From a virus (taxonomy: Duplodnaviria > Caudoviricetes), in IMG/VR virus record IMGVR_UViG_3300044657_001121, positions 1 through 26,955 of that record: a DNA stretch of 26,955 nt; one strand, 5' to 3'. Positions 18,439 through 23,862 of the stretch are shown piece by piece (position 1 is the stretch's first letter; every line of letters begins with the position of its first letter). The notes under the pieces are model-generated. The model ran no database searches and was not told where the DNA came from. It was given only the letters and a program-made list of their open reading frames with translations. The translations under genes and the position numbers were made by a program.

Positions 18439-18590
18439 TTACAAAATCCTCGTGCTTCGTCGTGTGTCATCGCCACGCGCAGAATCGGAGTCCGGCACTC
18501 TGGCGACCATGAAATAGATTGATTCGCTGTTACTGCTGGCGTCATGCTTAAAGCGAGCAGTAGGGCGAAGGTTGTTAGGCGGTCGGTCAT
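18435..18590 (-). CDS. 51-aa putative secreted peptide (signal peptide, two Cys)
   Basis: MTDRLTTFALLLALSMTPAVTA-NQSISWSPECR..FCK; ATGA overlap with bet. Confidence 0.55.
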   Translation of the reverse strand: MTDRLTTFALLLALSMTPAVTANQSISWSPECRTPILRVAMTHDEARGFCK

Positions 18591-18598
18591 TTCTTCGC

Positions 18599-18862
18599 CT
18601 ATTCCTTTGCGCGCGGCAGCGTCTTTTTTGCCGCAATCGCGCGTTGGTTCTCGACTTCGATGTGCAGAAACTTTGCTGCGGCTTTTGCAACTTCTTCAAT
18701 CGACGCGGCGCACGTCAAAAATATCTGTTCGATGTGGTGGTCGTTCAGGTTGAGCGAGACTTCTCCGCGCTCCCCCTCAAAAACGGCCTTACCGCTGAAC
18801 TTGTCCGGCTCTTTGCTCCACTGCGAATTGCGAGCAATGCGTAATTCTTTGAGAACCATCAT
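18599..18862 (-). CDS. Hypothetical protein
   Basis: 87 aa coupled ORF. Confidence 0.65.
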   Translation of the reverse strand: MMVLKELRIARNSQWSKEPDKFSGKAVFEGERGEVSLNLNDHHIEQIFLTCAASIEEVAKAAAKFLHIEVENQRAIAAKKTLPRAKE

Positions 18863-19032
18863 CGCAGCACCACAGCCAGAACACGTTCAGCCGCAAACAA
18901 CACCAACACCGCAACGGCGAACCACGTCACGGCGTTCAGTTGCCGATCCTTTGCTGCGTCGGTTTCGTGAATGCTCGGAGGAATGCCTTTGAACAAGCGG
19001 CGGCGCTTTACGTTTGGAAGCTGCGTAATCAT
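18859..19032 (-). CDS. Small membrane protein
   Basis: Start at ATG 19032 (ATGA overlap); C-terminal hydrophobic helix. Confidence 0.55.
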   Translation of the reverse strand: MITQLPNVKRRRLFKGIPPSIHETDAAKDRQLNAVTWFAVAVLVLFAAERVLAVVLR

Positions 19033-19442
19033 TTCGCCCGCTCCATAGCCCGTTCCAGAATCAGCTTGCGGGCGTCTCGCGCTGCTATTGCGTCGTCGTT
19101 CGTGGCGAAAACATCGCCATACGCATAAGACGCAATTGCCATATCTGAAAGCGCGCTGCAACAGATAACCTTGTCCCACCGCAATACAAACGCGCATAAA
19201 TCAGGCCCGGCTTCATCGCGTCCAAAAATCGGCGCAGGCATCCTAACCCCGTCGATTTCAATCGTCTTGCGCGGCGGTGACGTGGGCTTTTCGCCGATTG
19301 CGAAGTAGTTATCTGTGTTTGGGCTATACGTCAGAGAAGAAAGGTTTGACTCATACCACGCTTTTATGCGGGTGTGCCAAATCCACACATTAAGCCCTTT
19401 CTCAAGAGCTTCGATAGCCATTGCTGTATTGATGTACTTCAT
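19029..19442 (-). CDS. Hypothetical protein
   Basis: 137 aa; KTIEIDG...PAP and VFAT.DDAIAA modules. Confidence 0.7.
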   Translation of the reverse strand: MKYINTAMAIEALEKGLNVWIWHTRIKAWYESNLSSLTYSPNTDNYFAIGEKPTSPPRKTIEIDGVRMPAPIFGRDEAGPDLCAFVLRWDKVICCSALSDMAIASYAYGDVFATNDDAIAARDARKLILERAMERAK

Positions 19443-19519
19443 TCGCCATACTCCTTCAACATTTCAAGAATCGCCTCAAGCTCGCGGCCCGCTGCTAAAA
19501 GTGCTTCGTCGGTGGTCAT
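19439..19519 (-). CDS. 26-aa peptide
   Basis: MTTDEALLAAGRELEAILEMLKEYGE; ATGA overlaps on both sides. Confidence 0.45.
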   Translation of the reverse strand: MTTDEALLAAGRELEAILEMLKEYGE

Positions 19520-19806
19520 GCTTCGCCCCGTGCTTTTTTGAGTGCCTTATTCGCAATGCAAAGAGCTTTGTGCATAGCGCTTGACCTGTCGTCGATATAC
19601 AGCGCTGCGATTTGCTCTAGCGCCTCGTAAAGTTCCGGCGCACTGGCTATTAGTGCGGCGTTGGCTCGACGTTGTTCTTCTGTTGCTCCATTGACGCCAA
19701 CGTCAGAAACTACCGATGAATCTTCTGCGCAAATATCTAAAAACACATCATCGCGTTCTATGGTTTGCTCGGCAAACCACGGGCCTTTTGTGAACTTCGT
19801 ATTCAT
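19516..19806 (-). CDS. Conserved phage hypothetical protein (FTKGPW..ANA.LIA.APELYEAL)
   Basis: Recurrent phage early-gene motif; GGAGG SD. Confidence 0.75.
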   Translation of the reverse strand: MNTKFTKGPWFAEQTIERDDVFLDICAEDSSVVSDVGVNGATEEQRRANAALIASAPELYEALEQIAALYIDDRSSAMHKALCIANKALKKARGEA

Positions 19807-20126
19807 TTGAATGCCTCCAAAATCTGCTGCGTCGTTTCTTCAAGAATCCGCTCGCGCTCGGTTGCTAACTGCGTAAAGTCGCCGCTAATAAGCATCGCCA
19901 TTACATGGTCATCGTTCACTAGGTTTTCACCAAAAAAACCGCAGCATGAACGCGTGCCGCCGTTGCTTTCCGCGTACTCGCGCGCATCTTCTTCGCGTGT
20001 GATGCGGGTTGCTTTTATTGCGTAGCCGTCAGCAATCTGCTTGGCTTGTTCGTCGGTCATGCGTGGTGGTTTGAGGTACGCACGCAAAGCTGCTTTCGCT
20101 TCTTCTTCGATGGTCATTGCTGGCAT
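19803..20126 (-). CDS. Hypothetical protein
   Basis: GGGAG SD; 107 aa; coupled to the downstream gene. Confidence 0.65.
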   Translation of the reverse strand: MPAMTIEEEAKAALRAYLKPPRMTDEQAKQIADGYAIKATRITREEDAREYAESNGGTRSCCGFFGENLVNDDHVMAMLISGDFTQLATERERILEETTQQILEAFK

Positions 20127-20152
20127 TTCGCTCTCCCTATTGAATTCGCTTG

Positions 20153-20181
20153 CTGGTGCGCCTTATCGGAGTGCGCACCAG
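20153..20181. other. Perfect 9-bp stem hairpin in the leftward intergenic region
   Basis: CTGGTGCGC-N11-GCGCACCAG. Confidence 0.55.
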
Positions 20182-20199
20182 TAACCAAACTCTGTTGCT

Positions 20200-20363
20200 A
20201 CAGTGTGTTTTGGAGAGTGGGCCGGGCTTGATACCGACTCGGTGAAGGTGGTTCACGCAACGCCATGGCCATGTATCGGTTACCTCGCAGCTCCGGGCGA
20301 TTCGTTGCACGCTACCCACACAGCGCGTGTCCATCCACGCCGCCACTCCACAAAACACACTGT
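20200..20363 (-). ncRNA. tRNA-elbow-like structured ncRNA
   Basis: 13-bp perfect closing stem plus GAGTGG/CCACTC; D-arm-like GCGUG-GAUGGA-CACGC; T-arm-like GUCGG-UAUCAAGC-CCGGC. Confidence 0.7.
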
Positions 20364-20375
20364 TTCACTACCCTG

Positions 20376-20777
20376 CTACTCAAAAGCCAGACCGTGATAG
20401 CCTGCCAAATAAATGGCCGACTGCATTAAGCACATCGTTTCGATTCGGTCAGGTTTGTTGTCCCAATGCCGCAGCGCTTCTGCCAACGTGAACCAGCGGC
20501 AACCCGCGCCGATGTAGGCGACACCTTTTACGTTTGCGATGCACTTGCGATAACCGTCTGCAAAGCCAAGATCTAGCGCCCAAGATGCGTTAGCGCCGAT
20601 GCTTGCCCCTTCGCCGATGCTTGCCCATGCGCCGATGCTTGCCCCTTCGCCGATGCTTGCCCCTTCGCCGATTCTTGCCCATGCGCCTTCCGTAATCCAA
20701 CTCAACCCGGCAGGAGCAATAGACCAACCGTAAGAGTTTTTAGGCCAAAGTGCCGCAATATTTCCTGCTTCGATCAT
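20376..20777 (-). CDS. Hexapeptide-repeat (left-handed beta-helix-like) protein
   Basis: ASIGEG repeats; C-terminal IGAGCRWFT..EA..HW domain; AGGAG SD before ATG 20777. Confidence 0.75.
   Translation of the reverse strand: MIEAGNIAALWPKNSYGWSIAPAGLSWITEGAWARIGEGASIGEGASIGAWASIGEGASIGANASWALDLGFADGYRKCIANVKGVAYIGAGCRWFTLAEALRHWDNKPDRIETMCLMQSAIYLAGYHGLAFE
20594..20687. repeat. 18-bp tandem repeat x5 (CGCCGATGCTTGCCCCTT / ..CATG variants)
   Basis: Read directly; encodes the hexapeptide repeats. Confidence 0.95.
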
Positions 20778-20954
20778 TTCGACCACTCCTAATTGATTGA
20801 TTCGCTACTACCTACCGCCGCTTACTTCGCCGAACCCGAGGGCATAAGGCTTTTCGACACAGAGCGGATCGCTACTCCCTCACTCCCTTGTTACTGCGCC
20901 TTCGCTCTAAGGGACTCTGCTTGCGGTGCCTCGGTGTTTTGAGGCAGTAAGTAA

Positions 20955-20995
20955 ATGCTAGGGGATAACATTCCGCGTGTCAACACATTTCGTGC
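20955..20995 (-). promoter_or_regulatory. Leftward early sigma70 promoter (PL-like) with an 18-bp box
   Basis: Minus strand TTGACA(20983-20978)-17 bp-TAGCAT(20960-20955). Confidence 0.8.
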
Positions 20996-21040
20996 AAATA
21001 ACTCATTTATTTTGCTGTCGATATGGAAAACGCACAGGAT

Positions 21041-21069
21041 TTGACGTGCGAACAACAATCGTATACATT
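21041..21069 (+). promoter_or_regulatory. Sigma70 promoter driving the RNA cassette
   Basis: TTGACG-17 bp-TACATT; the predicted +1 falls at the base of the first hairpin. Confidence 0.75.
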
Positions 21070-21076
21070 ACGCGAA

Positions 21077-21158
21077 TTGCTGCGGACACAGCGAATAGTG
21101 AAGCCCTCAAGCTCATGCACATTGTGTCCGCAGTGTGCAGCAGCGCGAGGGCTTTTTT
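21077..21158 (+). ncRNA. C4/CI-like antisense RNA with its cognate target hairpin and a terminator tail
   Basis: Hairpin loop CGGACA (21083-88) exactly complements loop TGTCCG (21125-30); outer stem AAGCCCTC/GAGGGCTT with a T-tract. Confidence 0.7.
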
Positions 21159-21177
21159 ATTGCCCGTTCGCTGCGAA

Positions 21178-21580
21178 CTGATGACTAGATTATGGTCTTA
21201 GCTCCTTTGGGGTCATCGGTGTTACAGACGCCTACAAAGCACACAAGGGCGTCGCGGTGGGAGTGGATAGCAGCGACACATTAGAAATGCAAAGAACGAT
21301 ACCAGCGGCTTAAATGCGTCGTGGGGTAAGCCTGAAAAGAATCAGGAATCGGAAACGTAGCAAATGTGCCGTGATAGCTCGCCTAGAGCCGTGTGTGGGG
21401 ATCGATTAAATGGGTCTAAAGTCTAGGCAGGTGCGATGGAACATTATCGATAAGCGCACCCATTCAGAAAGCAACCGGAAACCTCAAATTACGCTGAATG
21501 ATTCCCTCAACCTACAGCTCATTGTGGGTTGGGGGAGTATTGAACCTAACCGCCCCGTTTCCTAAATCCGCTGTCATTGC
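21178..21580 (+). ncRNA. Putative large multi-branched structured RNA
   Basis: At least 7 local stems and 2 nested long-range helices; 17-bp hairpin with 4 G-U pairs; no ORF of 60 aa or more in the track. Confidence 0.6.
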
Positions 21581-21601
21581 TTAACTAGCACGGTAGAACA
21601 A

Positions 21602-21802
21602 ATGGATAGCCAATATCTTTGCAGGAAGTCAAAACCTAAAGTAGCGCATTTATGGAATGGGCGCGATACTGAGTGCAGGCAGCATTCGACGGGTGGGCTA
21701 AACCCGCGTAAATATGTCGTTTGGCGAAAGCTCCCTGAATTGCCAATATGCACAATGTGCGAAGCGGTGTGGCGTCGAAGCCAAGAAAAAAAGACCGCAT
21801 AG
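21602..21802 (+). CDS. 66-aa basic protein with a putative Zn-binding His/Cys/CxxC set
   Basis: AHLW....TEC...ICTMC; ends exactly at the right 18-bp box. Confidence 0.7.
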   Translation: MDSQYLCRKSKPKVAHLWNGRDTECRQHSTGGLNPRKYVVWRKLPELPICTMCEAVWRRSQEKKTA

Positions 21803-21842
21803 CACGAAATGTGTTGACATACGGCGTGTGGCGTGTTCCACT
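21802..21842 (+). promoter_or_regulatory. Rightward early promoter (PR-like) with an 18-bp box
   Basis: TTGACA(21814-19)-17 bp-TCCACT(21837-42) preceded by TGn; ATG 6 nt downstream. Confidence 0.65.
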
Positions 21843-21848
21843 ACGGAT

Positions 21849-22058
21849 ATGAAAAAGAAATCCCCTAAAGACTGTCTAGCGCAAGCCATTAAGGATGCGG
21901 GCGGTGCTGCGGCAATCGCAAAGCAATTTAAGTTCCCGTACACCAGCACGGTCTATAACTGGCAGTCGCGCGAAATCCCCGTCAAATGGGCGGTGAAGCT
22001 GTGCAAGATTAAAGGCGTGACCGTTACCCCTAACCAACTCAGGCCGGACGTATTTTGA
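21849..22058 (+). CDS. Cro-like HTH regulator (YdaS/Cro family)
   Basis: AI..AGG.AAIA...STVYNW...IP..LRPDVF signature; true start at ATG 21849. Confidence 0.88.
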   Translation: MKKKSPKDCLAQAIKDAGGAAAIAKQFKFPYTSTVYNWQSREIPVKWAVKLCKIKGVTVTPNQLRPDVF

Positions 22059-22141
22059 TTACCCCTCTCGACTGGATGATCGTCCTAATGTGCGTGGCCG
22101 CAGTAATGCTGGTCATCACGTTTATCGACCCCGATACATAG
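22055..22141 (+). CDS. 28-aa single-TM peptide
   Basis: TTGA overlap; MITPLDWMIVLMCVAAVMLVITFIDPDT. Confidence 0.4.
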   Translation: MITPLDWMIVLMCVAAVMLVITFIDPDT

Positions 22142-22179
22142 CCGCCTCCCCTCGGCTCGCGCGTCACGGGCGCGCGTTC

Positions 22180-22202
22180 GCATTCCTCGGAGTGCATTTT
22201 TT
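22180..22202 (+). terminator. tR1-like terminator after the cro-like gene
   Basis: GCATTC-CTCG-GAGTGC followed by ATTTTTT. Confidence 0.55.
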
Positions 22203-22290
22203 AAGGCATCGCATGTTTCCCTCCGGCTGGCGAGCTCTTCAAAAAGTAGTTTGCGCCTGAAATCGTTAAACCAGAACAGGGAGCGCTTGT

Positions 22291-22497
22291 ATGAGCACTA
22301 GAAACCAATGCCTGGCGATAGTCGCCGCGTTCAAGAACCGCTGGTTTGACACCGGCATCGCGTTCGACCATTTGCGCGTGCAAAGCATCCATCGCCGATT
22401 GTCAGACCTAGAAAGCATGGGCTACACGGTAGAGCGCAGGAAGCATCCGACGATTAAGCGCGCCAAGACGTACCGCATCACGGGGAAGGCAGCGTAA
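22291..22497 (+). CDS. Small winged-helix protein
   Basis: SIHRRLSDL...GY.V.R.....K.YRI pattern; GGGAG SD. Confidence 0.7.
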   Translation: MSTRNQCLAIVAAFKNRWFDTGIAFDHLRVQSIHRRLSDLESMGYTVERRKHPTIKRAKTYRITGKAA

Positions 22498-22781
22498 TGG
22501 AACACGCCCGCCACCTAATCAACGAAATGCTTCACCGCAAGCGCGAGCGCGCAAACGTTCAGCCAGTCAAGCGACCTGAGCGCTGCAACACGTTTCTAGC
22601 GACTCAGACCGTACTCAAGATGATTCCGCAAGAAGGCGAAATATCCCGCCAAGACATCATCAAGCGAACATCGTTCACGGAATTGGAGATTAAAGCCGCT
22701 GTGAACGCGTTAATGCGATCAGGCCTCATCCATTTCCGGCGCAATGGCGTCAACAGCTTTTATCGACTGGCACCAGTTTGA
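22497..22781 (+). CDS. Putative winged-helix DNA-binding protein
   Basis: ISRQDI...AVNAL.RSGLI...FYRL; TAATG coupling. Confidence 0.65.
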   Translation: MEHARHLINEMLHRKRERANVQPVKRPERCNTFLATQTVLKMIPQEGEISRQDIIKRTSFTELEIKAAVNALMRSGLIHFRRNGVNSFYRLAPV

Positions 22782-23140
22782 TGGGCAAAACATCACGCAC
22801 CAAAGGCCGCGCCGGTCAAACACAAGCCCGTCAATTGCTCGAATCACGCGATTGGACGTGCGGCGATCTGTCGGGCGGTATTGAGTCGGAAGATTTGCTG
22901 GCGATTGATGGCGACGGCAATACGTGGGCTGTAGAGGTCAAGAACACGGCTTCTATAAACGTCCGCGCTCACAAGAAGCAAGCCATGACGCAGGCCACAA
23001 AGCGCCGCGCTAAGTGGATGCTGATGTGTCGGATTGATGGATATGCAGGCGCGTGGTTGGTCTTGCGTCAAGGTTGTAACCCGGTTGTGTGGAGCGTGAG
23101 TAGTGATATGATTGAGCCTCAACACAACTCAACACGTTAA
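22781..23140 (+). CDS. Holliday-junction resolvase-like PD-(D/E)xK nuclease
   Basis: MGK.SR.KG, DLL, W.VEVK and QA..QA motifs. Confidence 0.75.
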   Translation: MGKTSRTKGRAGQTQARQLLESRDWTCGDLSGGIESEDLLAIDGDGNTWAVEVKNTASINVRAHKKQAMTQATKRRAKWMLMCRIDGYAGAWLVLRQGCNPVVWSVSSDMIEPQHNSTR

Positions 23141-23142
23141 AC

Positions 23143-23862
23143 ATGTACGCAAAAGTTTTCTCTCAGATATTCGACGGGACGCTCTGCACTGTTGGCCCGT
23201 GGGAATCGCTGGTTACGTTTCAGCAGTTGTTGATTTTGGCTGACCAAGAGGGCCACGTTGATATGACAGCAACGGCAATAAGTCGCCGAACGACTATTCC
23301 TATCGAGATCATCGAAAAAGGCATTGCGGCATTGTTGCTGCCAGACCCTGAGTCGCGCACTCCAACTGAGGAAGGACGGCGCATAGTGCCATTGTCTGAG
23401 GGCAGGGCATGGGGATGGCGCATAGTCAACTACAAGCACTATCGACAGCTAAAACGCGAGGAAGATCGCCGCAGTTACCACCGCGAGTACTGGCACACAC
23501 GCAAAGATAAAACTCAACACACTCAACAAACTCAACCGAATCAACCTATAGCAGAAGCAAAGGCAGAAGCAATAAATAAAACGGGGGTTAGGTTTGATGA
23601 ATTCTGGGACAGTTGGCCTAAAAACGAGCGCAAGCAGGATAAGAAGAAATGCCGCGATCGCTGGCAAACTGCAAGGTGCGATGCTCTTGCGGAAAAAATC
23701 CTAGCGGACATCAGCTTGCGCAAGCAGGGCACAAAATGGGCAGACCCTAAGTACATCGAAGCGCCGCTGGTGTACTTGAACAACGAACGCTGGAATGACG
23801 GGTTTTCCCTTATTGCAGCAACAAAGGCGCACAACAGCTATTCCGACAGGGTAGCGTTATGA
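23143..23862 (+). CDS. Phage replication initiation protein
   Basis: W.IVNY..YR; internal iteron-like repeats; C-terminal FDEFW..WPK...K..YI..P..YLN.ERW.D domain; upstream of the helicase. Confidence 0.85.
   Translation: MYAKVFSQIFDGTLCTVGPWESLVTFQQLLILADQEGHVDMTATAISRRTTIPIEIIEKGIAALLLPDPESRTPTEEGRRIVPLSEGRAWGWRIVNYKHYRQLKREEDRRSYHREYWHTRKDKTQHTQQTQPNQPIAEAKAEAINKTGVRFDEFWDSWPKNERKQDKKKCRDRWQTARCDALAEKILADISLRKQGTKWADPKYIEAPLVYLNNERWNDGFSLIAATKAHNSYSDRVAL
23512..23547 (+). repeat. Iteron-like 9-bp repeats x4 (ACTCAACAC consensus), probable ori
   Basis: ACTCAACAC ACTCAACAA ACTCAACCG AATCAACCT followed by an A-rich tract, inside the initiator gene. Confidence 0.65.

Noticed and set aside
20200-20363. 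Canonical tRNA gene
   Set aside because: No anticodon arm, no TTCGA T-loop, and ~85 nt between the arms; kept as a tRNA-like ncRNA
20594-20687. Tandem repeats as a CRISPR array
   Set aside because: Units are contiguous with no spacers and are in-frame coding repeats; no cas genes
20977-21201. 74-aa ORF and the shared MSTHFV peptide with ORF 21698-21949
   Set aside because: The shared peptide is a by-product of the inverted 18-bp boxes; the ORFs run over promoters and RNA structures and lack an SD
21077-21802. Retron, group I/II intron or IS200/605 guide RNA identity for the structured RNA
   Set aside because: No RT, TnpB/IscB or homing nuclease nearby, no interrupted gene, and no recognisable catalytic core motifs by eye
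21714-21848. N-terminal extension of the Cro-like ORF
   Set aside because: Overlaps the 66-aa gene and the promoter; the Cro-like domain begins at ATG 21849
23704-23710. GCGGACA in the initiator gene as a second target of the antisense loop
   Set aside because: A 7-nt match is expected by chance in 27 kb and has no supporting hairpin context
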